Part shown: positions 30,453 through 40,262 of the stretch, piece after piece
Layout: every line of letters begins with the position of its first letter
Position numbering within the stretch: the first letter of the stretch is position 1
Translations under genes and position numbers: made by a program
Notes under the pieces: model-generated
The model's input: the letters and a program-made list of their open reading frames with translations, nothing else
The model's database searches: none
Told to the model about the DNA's origin: nothing
Assembly (NCBI GenBank): GCA_003242455.2
Contig: QGUM02000001.1
Location: 1-57,931 of the forward strand
Direction: 5' to 3'
DNA: 57,931 nucleotides
DNA from: Actinomycetes bacterium
GTDB lineage: Bacteria; Actinomycetota; Actinomycetes; Actinomycetales; Demequinaceae

Positions 30453-31916
30453 ATGGAGCGTCAGCGCAAGGCGTTGATCAACGGCGTTCTCGGCACCCAC
30501 CGTGCGCAAGGCGTCATCGAGGCGGTCAGCCCCACCGGGCGCGGCGTCGTCGCGCAGCTGCCCGCGGCCAGCGCCGAGGACCTCGGCCCGGCCGTGGCCG
30601 CCGCCCGTGAGGCGTTCGAGTCCGGAATCTGGCGTCGCATGTCGGCCCGCGACCGCGGCCGCCGCATGCGCCGTCTCGCCGAGCTCATCGACGCGAACCG
30701 CGCCGAGCTCGCCGAGCTCGAGGCGCTCGACACCGGCAAGGCGAAGTCGTACACGGCGGCCAACGACATCGAGATCGCCATCGAGGCGCTCGACTACCTG
30801 GCCGACCAGACCCGGCGCATCTCCGGCCACGTCTCGGTGCTCGCCCCCGACCACATCCACCACACGCTCGTCCAGCCGGTCGGCGTGGTGGCCGAGCTGC
30901 TCCCGTGGAACGGCCCCATCTGGACCGGCGTGCAGCGGCTCGCCGCGATCCTCGCCGCCGGCTGCTCGACCGTGATGAAGCCCTCCGAGCTCGGCTCGCT
31001 GACGTTCTCGCGGATCGCGGAGCTCGTGGTGGAGGCCGACATCCCGGCCGGCGTGGTCAACATCGTGTACGGCGCCGGCGACATCGGGGAGCGGCTCGTG
31101 TGCCACCCCGGGGTTGACGCCGTCTCCTTCACCGGCGGCACGGCCACGGGCGGCCGCATCCTCACCGCGCTCGCCCGCTCCATCAAGCCCGTCACGCTCG
31201 AGCTCGGCGGGAAGAACGCGCTCATCGTCCTGGCCGATGCCGATGTCGAGGCCGCCGCCGCGTGGGCGGTCATCGGCGGCTTCGCCAACGCCGGCCAGGT
31301 GTGCGTGTCCTCGTCGCGCCTGCTCGTGGCCGATGCCGTGCATGACCGCTTCGTCGAGGCCGTCGTCCGCCACGCCTCCCAGATCGAGGTCGGCGACCCG
31401 CTCGACGACGCCACGACCATGGGCACGCTCATCAGCATCGAGCACGCGCAGAAGGTCTGGCACGCGATCGACCACGCGCGCGAGCGCGGCCACATCGTCC
31501 TCGGCGGCGAGCGCTACGTCGACTTCCGCGACAGCGGCGCCTACGTCCCGCCGACCGTCGTCACCGACCTGCCCGCCGGCGACCCGCTGCTCCAGACCGA
31601 GATCTTCGGCCCCGTGGTCACCGTCGAGCGCTTCCGCACCGAGTCAGAGGCGGTGCACCTGGCCAATGCCACCGACTACGGCCTGTCCGCCGGCGTCTTC
31701 GGCTCCGATGCTCGCCGCCTGTGGGAGGTCGCGGCCGCGCTGCGTGCCGGCGAGGTCTATGTGAACCGCTGGTTCAGCCCGGGCGTGCTCGAGGCGCCCG
31801 TCTCCGGCCACAAGCAGTCCGGCCTCGGTCCGTCCGGCATCGACGCGTACCTGCGTCGCACCTCCGTCTTCTTCGATCGCGGCGACGACCTTCAGGCGTC
31901 CGCCCCGAGAGCATGA
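30453..31916 (+). CDS. NAD-dependent aldehyde dehydrogenase
   Basis: PWN, KPSE, FTGGTATG, LELGGKN, NAGQVC (catalytic Cys), EIFGPV; GGAGAGG RBS. Confidence 0.93.
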   Translation: MERQRKALINGVLGTHRAQGVIEAVSPTGRGVVAQLPAASAEDLGPAVAAAREAFESGIWRRMSARDRGRRMRRLAELIDANRAELAELEALDTGKAKSYTAANDIEIAIEALDYLADQTRRISGHVSVLAPDHIHHTLVQPVGVVAELLPWNGPIWTGVQRLAAILAAGCSTVMKPSELGSLTFSRIAELVVEADIPAGVVNIVYGAGDIGERLVCHPGVDAVSFTGGTATGGRILTALARSIKPVTLELGGKNALIVLADADVEAAAAWAVIGGFANAGQVCVSSSRLLVADAVHDRFVEAVVRHASQIEVGDPLDDATTMGTLISIEHAQKVWHAIDHARERGHIVLGGERYVDFRDSGAYVPPTVVTDLPAGDPLLQTEIFGPVVTVERFRTESEAVHLANATDYGLSAGVFGSDARRLWEVAAALRAGEVYVNRWFSPGVLEAPVSGHKQSGLGPSGIDAYLRRTSVFFDRGDDLQASAPRA

Positions 31917-31957
31917 CCCCAGTCCACGCGAAAGACCACTCCGAGAAGGGAAACACC

Positions 31958-32959
31958 ATGGCTCGCCGCTTCACGTCCGCGGACGTCGACCGCTCGCTCC
32001 TGACCGACAAGACCATCGCCGTCATCGGCTATGGAAACCAGGGCCGCTCGCAGGCGCTCAACCTGCGCGACAGCGGCTATCGCGTCATCATCGGCAACCG
32101 CGACGACGAGTATCGAGACATCGCGCGCGCCGACGACATGGACGTGCGCGACATCGCCGACGCCGCAGCCGAGGGCGACGTCGTCATGGTCATCCTCCCT
32201 GACGAGGTGCAGGAGGAGGTCTACAACGACCACGTCGGCCCGGCCATGAAGCCCGGTGCCGCGCTGTCCTTCGCCCACGGCTACAACATCCACTTCGGCC
32301 TCATCGAGCCGCGCAAGGACATCGACATCATCCTCGTCGCGCCCAAGATGATCGGCGACGGCGTGCGCCGCCGCTACGAGTCCAAGGAGGGCTTCGTCTC
32401 GGTCGTCGCCGCGCACGCCGACGTGTCGGGCCGCGCTCTCGACATCGCGGTCGCCATCGCCGACGGCATCGGCTCGGGCGAGCGCGGCATCTGGGAGACC
32501 ACCTTCGAGGAGGAGACGGTCACCGACCTCTACGGCGAGCAGGTGGGCGGCGCCGGCATGCTCGGCTCGCTCATGGCCTCCTTCGAGACGCTCGTCGAGG
32601 CCGGCTACGACCCCGAGGTCGTCGCCCTTGAGCTCTTCGCCTCCGGCGAGCTCGTCGAGGTGCAGCGCGCGGCGTTCCGCACCGGCGTGCTCGGCCAGCT
32701 GTACTACCACTCCCCTGCCAGCCGCTACGGCCAGCTCTCCCGCGTCCCCCGCGTGAGCCCGCCGGAGACCAAGGAGACGATGAAGGCGATCCTCGCCGAG
32801 ATCGTCAACGGCAACTTCGCCAAGGAGCTCGCGGCCGTCGAGGCGGACGAGTACCGCAAGATCGACGAGCTGCGCGAGTCCTACGCCCAGCACCCCGTCT
32901 TCCGCACGGAGCAGGTCCTGCGCGCCGCGATGGGAATGGACCGCGAGGAGCAGGCGTGA
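31958..32959 (+). CDS. Ketol-acid reductoisomerase (IlvC)-like paralogue
   Basis: GYGNQG, ALNLRDSG, LPDE, FAHGYN, VAPK, EETVTDLYGEQ; several IlvC motifs altered. Confidence 0.85.
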   Translation: MARRFTSADVDRSLLTDKTIAVIGYGNQGRSQALNLRDSGYRVIIGNRDDEYRDIARADDMDVRDIADAAAEGDVVMVILPDEVQEEVYNDHVGPAMKPGAALSFAHGYNIHFGLIEPRKDIDIILVAPKMIGDGVRRRYESKEGFVSVVAAHADVSGRALDIAVAIADGIGSGERGIWETTFEEETVTDLYGEQVGGAGMLGSLMASFETLVEAGYDPEVVALELFASGELVEVQRAAFRTGVLGQLYYHSPASRYGQLSRVPRVSPPETKETMKAILAEIVNGNFAKELAAVEADEYRKIDELRESYAQHPVFRTEQVLRAAMGMDREEQA

Positions 32960-33978
32960 CCACCGCGATCCGCCCCTCGCTCGACGAGCTCGCCGAGGGC
33001 GTCGACAAGGTCCTCATCTGGGGCAACGGCGGCGGCGGCGACGTCATCCAGGGCCTGCCGATCGCCCGGCACCTGGAGCGGCTCGGGGTCAAGGAGGTGA
33101 TCCTCGGCGGCGTCTCGGGTGCGTGGATGACGCATGACGGGCACGTGCCGACGGACCCGGCCACGGTCCTCCTGGGCGCTGAGATCTTCGACCTCGACGA
33201 GCTGACGGGCGCCCTCCCCCACGGTCCTCAGCTTGTCGAGGTCGGGCCCGCCACTCGCCTGCGCGGACGTCAGACCGCCGAGTCGGTGCTCGTGGAGCTC
33301 ACCGGCCGTCGAGCCGTGGTCATCGGCCTCAAGGAGGGTGTCGCGGCCGCGCGCGCGAGCCTCAACGCCTTCATCGAGGCGGAGGGCATCGGCCTGGTCG
33401 TGGCGACCGACATCGGCTCCGACACGATGTTCTCCGGCAAGGAGGCCAACCCGGCCAAGACCGCGTTCGTCGACTTCCTGTCGCTCGGCGTGCTCCTCGG
33501 GGCGCCGTGTCCCAAGGTCTTCGGCCTGGGCGGATACGGCCTCGACGGCGAGCTGCTGCTCGAGGACCTCGAGCGCAACGTCGGCGCGGTGGCCGCGGCC
33601 GGCGGCTACCTTGGCGCGATCGGCATCACGCAGCGCGACGTGGTCGAGATGGAGAAGGCCATCGCCCGCTTCACCGACCCCGTCGGCGTGCTCGTCCCGG
33701 AGGCCGCGCGCGGCCGGTTCGGCTGGGTGCAGGTGCCGACCAACGGCCCCTGGGGCACCTCGGTGCGCATCACGCCGACGGCCATGGTCACGCTGTTCTT
33801 CGACCCGGAGGTGATGGCGCAGGAGGTCTGCACCATCGTCCCCGAGCTCGCGGCCTGCGCCACCGTGGCAGAGGCGGAGCGGCTCTACGAGGAGCGGCTC
33901 GGCTTCGTCCCGGAGACGCGTCTGCTGACGGAGGCGGCCCTCCGCACCCCCGAGGAGGGGGCCGATGCTCAGCGCTGA
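32956..33978 (+). CDS. DUF1152-like protein of unknown function
   Basis: N-terminal GNGGGGDV, AESVL, TDIGSD, GYGLDGEL motifs; GTGA coupling. Confidence 0.7.
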   Translation: MTTAIRPSLDELAEGVDKVLIWGNGGGGDVIQGLPIARHLERLGVKEVILGGVSGAWMTHDGHVPTDPATVLLGAEIFDLDELTGALPHGPQLVEVGPATRLRGRQTAESVLVELTGRRAVVIGLKEGVAAARASLNAFIEAEGIGLVVATDIGSDTMFSGKEANPAKTAFVDFLSLGVLLGAPCPKVFGLGGYGLDGELLLEDLERNVGAVAAAGGYLGAIGITQRDVVEMEKAIARFTDPVGVLVPEAARGRFGWVQVPTNGPWGTSVRITPTAMVTLFFDPEVMAQEVCTIVPELAACATVAEAERLYEERLGFVPETRLLTEAALRTPEEGADAQR

Positions 33979-35287
33979 CCTCGTGCTGCGCGGCGGCTCC
34001 GTGGTCACCATGGACGCCGCCGGCACCGTGCTGCCGGAGGCCGACGTCGCGGTCGCCGACGGGGCGATCGTCGCGGTCGGCCCCGCGCTCGAGGTCGAGG
34101 CCGCGCGCGTGCTCGACGTGCGCGGCTGCGCTGTCACCCCTGGCTTCGTCAACGCCCACACCCACCAGTGCCTGCTGAGGGGCACCAAGGAGGACAGGCC
34201 TCTCGAGACCTGGCTGGACGAGCTGTGCTTCCCGATGGAGCACGCGCTGCAGCCGAGCCACACCGTGGCGGCCGCCCAGATGAACCAGATCGAGATGATC
34301 CGCTCGGGCACGACGACCTTCGTCGACATGTACCGGCACCTGTCCGACATCGCTCCGATCGTGGACCGCTCCGGCCTCCGCGCCGTGCTCGCGCCGCAGA
34401 TCATGGACGTCGGCAACGGCCGCGGCGAGACCTGGGAGGAGGCGGAGGACTTCGTCCGCGCGTGGGCGGGTCAGCACCCTCGCATCGATGCCTGGGTGGG
34501 CCCTCACGCGCCGTACACCGTCCATGCCGAGGGCTACCTGCGGGCTCGTCGCCTCGCCGACGAGGTGGGGACGCGGGTCATGACCCACCTGTGCGAGACG
34601 CGCTTCGAGGTCGAAGAGGTCACGCGCCGCGAGGGCGTCGGGCCCGTGGAGTGGCTCGACCGCCTCGGTGTGCTCGACGGGCTGCTCGGCGCTCATGGCG
34701 TGTGGCTCTCCGACGACGACCGCGAGCGGCTCGCCCGCCGCGGCGCGTCGATCGTCCACAACCCGAGCAGCAACATGAAGCTGGCCTCCGGCGTCGCGGA
34801 GGTCGGCAAGGCGAAGGAGGCCGGCGTCGCGGTCGGCCTCGGAACCGACTCGGTGCTGTCGAACAACAACCTCGACATGATCGAGGAGGCCAGGCTCGCC
34901 TCCTTCCTCCAGAAGGTCACGCTCGGAGACGCGACCGCCCTGCCGGCGGCCGAGGCCCTCCGTCTCGCGACCATGGGAGGCGCCGAGGCGATCGGCATGG
35001 CGGACCGCATCGGATCGATCGAGGTCGGCAAGCGCGCGGACCTCGTGGTGATCTCCCTCGAGGCGGCCCACATGTGGCCGGTCTTCATCGGCGAGCAGAC
35101 GAACATCGTCGAGCAGATCGTGTACTCGGCCTCCGCGGCCGACGTGCGCCACACGATCGTCGACGGCGTTCCCCTCATGCTCGACCGAGAACTCCTGACT
35201 CTCGACGAGGCGGAGGCGTCAGAGGCAGTCAGACGCGCTGCGGCGGATCTGATCGGGACCCTTCCTCCCACCACCCCCTACCAGTGA
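33965..35287 (+). CDS. Amidohydrolase, MtaD/5'-deoxyadenosine-deaminase-like
   Basis: PGFVNAHTH, GPHAPYT, HLCET, AHGVW, HNPSSNMKLASG, GTDS. Confidence 0.88.
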   Translation: MLSADLVLRGGSVVTMDAAGTVLPEADVAVADGAIVAVGPALEVEAARVLDVRGCAVTPGFVNAHTHQCLLRGTKEDRPLETWLDELCFPMEHALQPSHTVAAAQMNQIEMIRSGTTTFVDMYRHLSDIAPIVDRSGLRAVLAPQIMDVGNGRGETWEEAEDFVRAWAGQHPRIDAWVGPHAPYTVHAEGYLRARRLADEVGTRVMTHLCETRFEVEEVTRREGVGPVEWLDRLGVLDGLLGAHGVWLSDDDRERLARRGASIVHNPSSNMKLASGVAEVGKAKEAGVAVGLGTDSVLSNNNLDMIEEARLASFLQKVTLGDATALPAAEALRLATMGGAEAIGMADRIGSIEVGKRADLVVISLEAAHMWPVFIGEQTNIVEQIVYSASAADVRHTIVDGVPLMLDRELLTLDEAEASEAVRRAAADLIGTLPPTTPYQ

Positions 35288-35307
35288 CACAGCAAGGAGA
35301 GATAGCA

Positions 35308-36336
35308 ATGGAGCTATTCGGCAAGACCCGGGCGAAGCTCGCGGCCCTCGTCGCGGCCGCGGCGGTGGCCCTCGCGGCCTGCGCCACCACCGCATCCGAG
35401 GAGCCCTCGGACGGCGGTCAGCACGGCGGCGAGGCGCCCCTCAAGGTCGGCTTCGTGGCCGATGCCGCGGGCCTCAACGACCGTTCCTTCAACTACCTCG
35501 GCAACGAGGGCATGAAGCGGGCTGAGGAGGAGCTCGGCGTGGAGATCCGCGTCCTCACCTCCGACTCGAGCGCCGACTACATCCCCAACATGACGACCCT
35601 GGCGCGCCAGGGCTACGACCTCATCATCGCCTCGGGCTTCAACCAGATCGAGGCGGTCGCCACGGTCTCGTCCGAGTTCCCGGAGACGAAGTTCGCCATC
35701 CTCGACGTGTCGGTCGCCTCGCTCGACGAGGTGAACCCGAACGTCATGGGCCTGCCCTTCCAGCAGGACCAGGCGAGCTACCTCGCCGGCTACCTCGCGG
35801 CCCTGTTCCTGCAGGAGAGCGGCGAGGGCGACGCCCTCGGAGCGGTCGGTGGACAGCCCATCCCGCCCGTGGAGAACTGGATGGACGGCTTCGCCCGCGG
35901 CGTCGCCGCCGTGGACCCGTCGATCCGCGTCATCTCGGGCTACTCGCAGACCTTCGCCGACCCGGCGGCCTGCATGCAGCTCGCGCAGAACCAGATCGAG
36001 CAGGGCGCGAAGATCGTCTTCCAGGTGGCCGGCGGCTGCGGCCCGGGCGCCCTCAACGCCGCGGCTGAGGCCGGCGTGTGGGCGATCGGCACCGACGCCG
36101 ACCAGTCCGACTTCGGCGAGCACGTGCTGACCAGCGCGATCAAGCGTTCCGACGTCGCGGTGTACGAGACGATCCGGGCGCTGCTGGACGGCGAGTTCTT
36201 CGGCGGACAGGACCGCCTGTTCACCATCGTGGACGGCGCCGTCGGCCTGGGCACCTTCAGCCCTCACGTGTCCGAGGAGCTGCGCGCCAAGGTCGCCGAG
36301 GCCGAGGCCGCTCTCCGCGCGGAGCTCGCGGGCTGA
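35308..36336 (+). CDS. BMP-family (PnrA-like) nucleoside ABC binding lipoprotein
   Basis: Lipobox LAAC; DRSFN, SYLAGYLAA, AGGCG, IGTDADQ, LTSAIKR. Confidence 0.9.
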   Translation: MELFGKTRAKLAALVAAAAVALAACATTASEEPSDGGQHGGEAPLKVGFVADAAGLNDRSFNYLGNEGMKRAEEELGVEIRVLTSDSSADYIPNMTTLARQGYDLIIASGFNQIEAVATVSSEFPETKFAILDVSVASLDEVNPNVMGLPFQQDQASYLAGYLAALFLQESGEGDALGAVGGQPIPPVENWMDGFARGVAAVDPSIRVISGYSQTFADPAACMQLAQNQIEQGAKIVFQVAGGCGPGALNAAAEAGVWAIGTDADQSDFGEHVLTSAIKRSDVAVYETIRALLDGEFFGGQDRLFTIVDGAVGLGTFSPHVSEELRAKVAEAEAALRAELAG

Positions 36337-36352
36337 GATACGGAGCACGCCC

Positions 36353-37897
36353 ATGAGCACGGCTCGTCGCCCCGGGCGGCCAGGGACCCCCACCCTGGCC
36401 GCTCGGGGGGTGACCAAGAGGTACGGCACGCTGACCGCGAACGACGCCGTGACCGTCGAGTTCAACGCCGGTCAGGTGCACGCGATCCTCGGCGAGAACG
36501 GCGCAGGCAAGACCACGCTCATGCGCATGGCCTACGGGCTCGAGCGACCCGACGAGGGCTGGTTCGAGGTCGAGGGCGAACGCGTGGAGCTGACCAGCCC
36601 GCGCGCGGCGATGGAGCACGGCATCGGCATGGTCCACCAGCACTTCATGCTGGTGCCCACCATGACGGTGGCGGAGAACATCGTCATCGGCTCCGAGCCG
36701 TCCGGGCCCTGGGGCCCGTACCGCCGGCGCCGCGTCGAGGCCGCAGTCGAGGCCTTCGCCGAGGAGCGCGGACTGCCGATCGACGCCAGCCGCATCGTCG
36801 GCGAGCTCAGCGTCGGCGAGCAGCAGCGCGTGGAGATCCTGCGCACCCTGTACAGGGGCGCCCGGACGGTCATCCTCGACGAGCCGACGGCCGTGCTCAC
36901 GGCCCAGGAGATCGACAGGCTCTTCGAGGTGCTCCACGGGCTGTGCACGCAGCAGGGCACCTCGGTCGTGCTGATCACGCACAAGATGCGGGAGATCATG
37001 GCGGCCGCCGACCACGTCACCGTGCTGCGCCACGGCAAGGTGGTCGGCTCGCTGCCGCGAGCCGAGGCGACGCCGGACGACCTGGTGTCGATGATGGTCG
37101 GGCGTGCCGTCAACCTCGAGCGGGTCAAGGACCCGGTCCCCGCCGCCCAGCCGCAGCTCGAGGTCGAGGGCCTCGTGGTCGAGGACGCACGCGGGACCCG
37201 CGCGGTCGACGGCGTGAGCCTCACCGTGGGAGCGGGAGAGATCGTCGGGATCGCGGGCGTGGACGGCAACGGCCAGGCCGAGCTCGTCGGCGCCCTGTCG
37301 GGGATGCTGAGCCCTGCGGCGGGCGTCATCCGCGTCACAGGGAAGAGGCTCGCCCCTGGGGTCCGCTCCGCGCTCGCGGCAGGCGTCCGGTACATCGCCG
37401 AGGATCGGCACCGTCGCGGGCTGCTGCTGTCGTTCTCTGTCGCGGAGAACCTCGCCCTGCGGCGCTACCGCGAGGCGCCCATCGCCCGCGGCGGCTGGAT
37501 GTCCCCACGCCGCATCGCCGATTTCGGGCGCGGCCTGCTGGAGCGCTTCGACATCCGCGGGCCCAGCCTCGACACCCCCGCCTCGACCCTGTCGGGCGGC
37601 AACCAGCAGAAGATCGTCATCGCGCGCGAGCTGGAGGCGAATCCCGCCGTGCTGCTCGCGGCGCAGCCCACGCGCGGCCTCGACATCGGCGCGATCGCGT
37701 TCGTGCACGAGCAGCTCCTCGAGCTGCAGCGGCAGGGAGCGGCGGTGCTCCTCGTGTCCTTCGAGCTCGACGAGCTGCGGGCCCTGTCCGACCGGATCCT
37801 CGTGATGTACGGCGGCCGGATCGTGGGCGAGTTCCGACCGGACGCGAGTGACGAGGAGCTCGGCCTCGCCATGGCCGGCGTTCAGGAGGAGAGATGA
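36353..37897 (+). CDS. Nucleoside ABC transporter ATP-binding protein (two ABC domains)
   Basis: GENGAGKTT, MVHQHF, LSVGEQQRVEI, GVDGNGQ, LSGGNQQK, QPTRGLD. Confidence 0.93.
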   Translation: MSTARRPGRPGTPTLAARGVTKRYGTLTANDAVTVEFNAGQVHAILGENGAGKTTLMRMAYGLERPDEGWFEVEGERVELTSPRAAMEHGIGMVHQHFMLVPTMTVAENIVIGSEPSGPWGPYRRRRVEAAVEAFAEERGLPIDASRIVGELSVGEQQRVEILRTLYRGARTVILDEPTAVLTAQEIDRLFEVLHGLCTQQGTSVVLITHKMREIMAAADHVTVLRHGKVVGSLPRAEATPDDLVSMMVGRAVNLERVKDPVPAAQPQLEVEGLVVEDARGTRAVDGVSLTVGAGEIVGIAGVDGNGQAELVGALSGMLSPAAGVIRVTGKRLAPGVRSALAAGVRYIAEDRHRRGLLLSFSVAENLALRRYREAPIARGGWMSPRRIADFGRGLLERFDIRGPSLDTPASTLSGGNQQKIVIARELEANPAVLLAAQPTRGLDIGAIAFVHEQLLELQRQGAAVLLVSFELDELRALSDRILVMYGGRIVGEFRPDASDEELGLAMAGVQEER

Positions 37898-39057
37898 GCG
37901 GACACGGCAAGGACCGGCTGCGGCAGCAGGCCCTGACGGGCCTGACCTCGGTCGGCATCGTCGCGCTCGCCGGCGTGGCCGGCGCGCTGCTGATCCTGCT
38001 GGCCGGCCGGAACCCGATCGAGACCTACGGCGCGATCCTCAGCGGCGCGGGTCTCGGCTGGTTCATCCCCGGCCAGAGCGCCTCGCACTACACTCAAGCG
38101 GCCTTCGGCCTGCAGCAGACCCTCGGGCTGCTCGTGCCGCTCGTGCTGCTCGGCTTCGCTGTCGCGATCCCGTACCGCGCCGGCCTGTTCAACATCGGCG
38201 GCCAGGGCCAGCTCATCATGGGATCGATCGCCGCCGTCTGGTTCGGCTCGGCGATCACGGGCCTGCCCGCGCCGGCGCACATCACCCTCGCTGTCGTGAT
38301 GGGCGCGGTCCTCGGCGCCCTGTGGGCCGCGATCGCCGGCGTGCTGCGCGCCTGGCTGGGCACCAACGAGGTGATCGTCACGATCATGCTCAACTACATC
38401 GCCATCTGGGTCGGCAGCTTCCTGTTCGGCATCGGCGGTCCGCTGCAGAACGAGGCGCAGCCCACCCAGCCTGTCTCGGAGACGGTCGCCGAGTCCGCGC
38501 GCATCCCCGTCATCTGGGGCTCCGCCGCCCTCCAGGGCCTGCACGCGGGCATCTTCCTCGTGCCGATCGTCGTCGGCGTCGTGTGGCTCGTGCAGCACCG
38601 CACCACCGTGGGATTCGAGACCGCGGCCGTGGGCTCCAACGTGGAGGCCTCCCGCTATCTCGGCATCCCGGTCTCGCGTCGCTACGTCATGGCGATGGTC
38701 TTCGGCGGCGCGCTCGCGGGCCTCGCGGGCGCGATGGAGATCCTCGGCTGGCAGTTCCGGATCGCGACGGCGGACCTGCACGCCTCGCAGCTGGGCTTCG
38801 TGGGCATCGCGATCGCGCTGCTGGGACGCAACACTCCGATCGGCGTCGTGCTCAGCGCGTTCCTCTTCGCCGTGCTCATCAACGGCAGCTCCAACCGCAA
38901 CCTCGACCCCTCGGCCTTCCCGCCGGAGCTCGCGAGCTACCTGACCCTCATCGGCCAAGGCGTCATCATCCTCCTGGTGAGCCTGAACGCCGAGCGCTCG
39001 CTCGACTTCCTGCGGCGACGCCTCGCCCGGGTCCTGCGCAGGAAGGTGGCATCATGA
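37894..39057 (+). CDS. Nucleoside ABC transporter permease (NupB-like)
   Basis: GLFNIGGQGQ, NEVIVTIMLNY, GIAIALLGRNTP. Confidence 0.92.
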   Translation: MSGHGKDRLRQQALTGLTSVGIVALAGVAGALLILLAGRNPIETYGAILSGAGLGWFIPGQSASHYTQAAFGLQQTLGLLVPLVLLGFAVAIPYRAGLFNIGGQGQLIMGSIAAVWFGSAITGLPAPAHITLAVVMGAVLGALWAAIAGVLRAWLGTNEVIVTIMLNYIAIWVGSFLFGIGGPLQNEAQPTQPVSETVAESARIPVIWGSAALQGLHAGIFLVPIVVGVVWLVQHRTTVGFETAAVGSNVEASRYLGIPVSRRYVMAMVFGGALAGLAGAMEILGWQFRIATADLHASQLGFVGIAIALLGRNTPIGVVLSAFLFAVLINGSSNRNLDPSAFPPELASYLTLIGQGVIILLVSLNAERSLDFLRRRLARVLRRKVAS

Positions 39058-40262
39058 CGCAGCTCGCACCCGCCGCGGTCGCGGCTCCCTCCCTCCGCCG
39101 GTGGCTCGCGAGCCCGCTCCCGGCGCTCGTCGTCGCCCTGCTCGCCCTCTGGCTCGCGCTTCCTCCGGTCGCCGTGCGCGTCCCGGCGGTGCCTCTGCTC
39201 GTCGGGGCCGCCGCAGTCGGCCTGAGCATCACGGCCGGCCGCCTGGGCGCGGGCCGACCCGCATGGCTCGTCGGCGGCATGGGCGTGCTGGGCGCCGTCG
39301 TGGGTGCCTGGGCCACCGGTGTGCCCGAGCAGACCCTGCGCGAGGTCATCTCCTGGCCCGGCCTCGTGGTCGCGGCGCTGCTGGTCGCGACCCCCATCGC
39401 CTTCGCGGCGCTCGGCGGCGTGATCTCCGAGCGCTCCGGCGTGATGAACATCGGCCTCGAGGGCATGATGCTCTCCGGCGCCTTCTTCGCGGTCGTCGGC
39501 TCCGCCCTCACGGGAAGCTGGGCCATCGGCGTGGTCCTCGGCGTCGTCGCCGGTGTGGTCCTCGCGGCCCTGTTCGGGCTGTTCACCGTGGTGTTCGGCG
39601 CCAACCAGGTGGTCGCCGGCATCGCGGTGAACTTCCTCGCCCTGGGTGTGACCGGCTACGGCTATGCGGAGGTCTTCGGGCTGGGAGGCTCCCCCATCGA
39701 CCTGCCCAAGGTGCCGACCGTCCACCTGCCGACGGAATCGCTGGGCCCCTGGGGCGAGGCGGTCTCGAACCTCAACCTGCTGGTGTGGCTGTGCTTGGCG
39801 GCGACCGTCGCGATCCACCTGTTCCTCTTCCGCAGCGTCCAGGGCATGCGCCTGCGCGCCATCGGCGAGAAGCCCGCGGCGGCGGACACTGCAGGCATCT
39901 CGGTCCTGCGCACGCGCATGGTGGCAGTCGCAGCCTCGGGCGCGCTCGCGGCCTTGGGCGGGGCGTACCTGTCGATCGGATACGTGGGCGGATTCAATGA
40001 GAACATGACGAGCGGTCGCGGCTACATCGCTCTGGCCGCCATGATCTTCGGGGGGTGGCGTCCGTTGGGAGCACTTGGCGCGGCGCTGCTCTTCGGACTC
40101 GCCCAGGCCCTGGTGCTCAGGGTCCCGGACATGAGCCCGGCCGTGTCGTCGCTGGCTCAGGCCCTGCCGTACGCGCTGACGGTGATCGCGGTCATCGGAG
40201 TGATCGGCAAGGCTGCCGCGCCTGCGGCGATCGGCATCCCGTACAGGAGGAGGGAACGATGA
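39054..40262 (+). CDS. Nucleoside ABC transporter permease (NupC-like)
   Basis: SERSGVMNIGLEG, LRAIGEKP, GRGYIALAAMIFG, LPYALT; ATGA overlap. Confidence 0.92.
   Translation: MTQLAPAAVAAPSLRRWLASPLPALVVALLALWLALPPVAVRVPAVPLLVGAAAVGLSITAGRLGAGRPAWLVGGMGVLGAVVGAWATGVPEQTLREVISWPGLVVAALLVATPIAFAALGGVISERSGVMNIGLEGMMLSGAFFAVVGSALTGSWAIGVVLGVVAGVVLAALFGLFTVVFGANQVVAGIAVNFLALGVTGYGYAEVFGLGGSPIDLPKVPTVHLPTESLGPWGEAVSNLNLLVWLCLAATVAIHLFLFRSVQGMRLRAIGEKPAAADTAGISVLRTRMVAVAASGALAALGGAYLSIGYVGGFNENMTSGRGYIALAAMIFGGWRPLGALGAALLFGLAQALVLRVPDMSPAVSSLAQALPYALTVIAVIGVIGKAAAPAAIGIPYRRRER

Noticed and set aside
24253-31916. Conservon and catabolic operon as one system
   Set aside because: Separated by a terminator hairpin, a ~300-nt gap and an independent operator/promoter
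31958-32959. Calling this gene the biosynthetic ilvC
   Set aside because: No ilvBN context, altered motifs and a catabolic neighbourhood; symbol withheld
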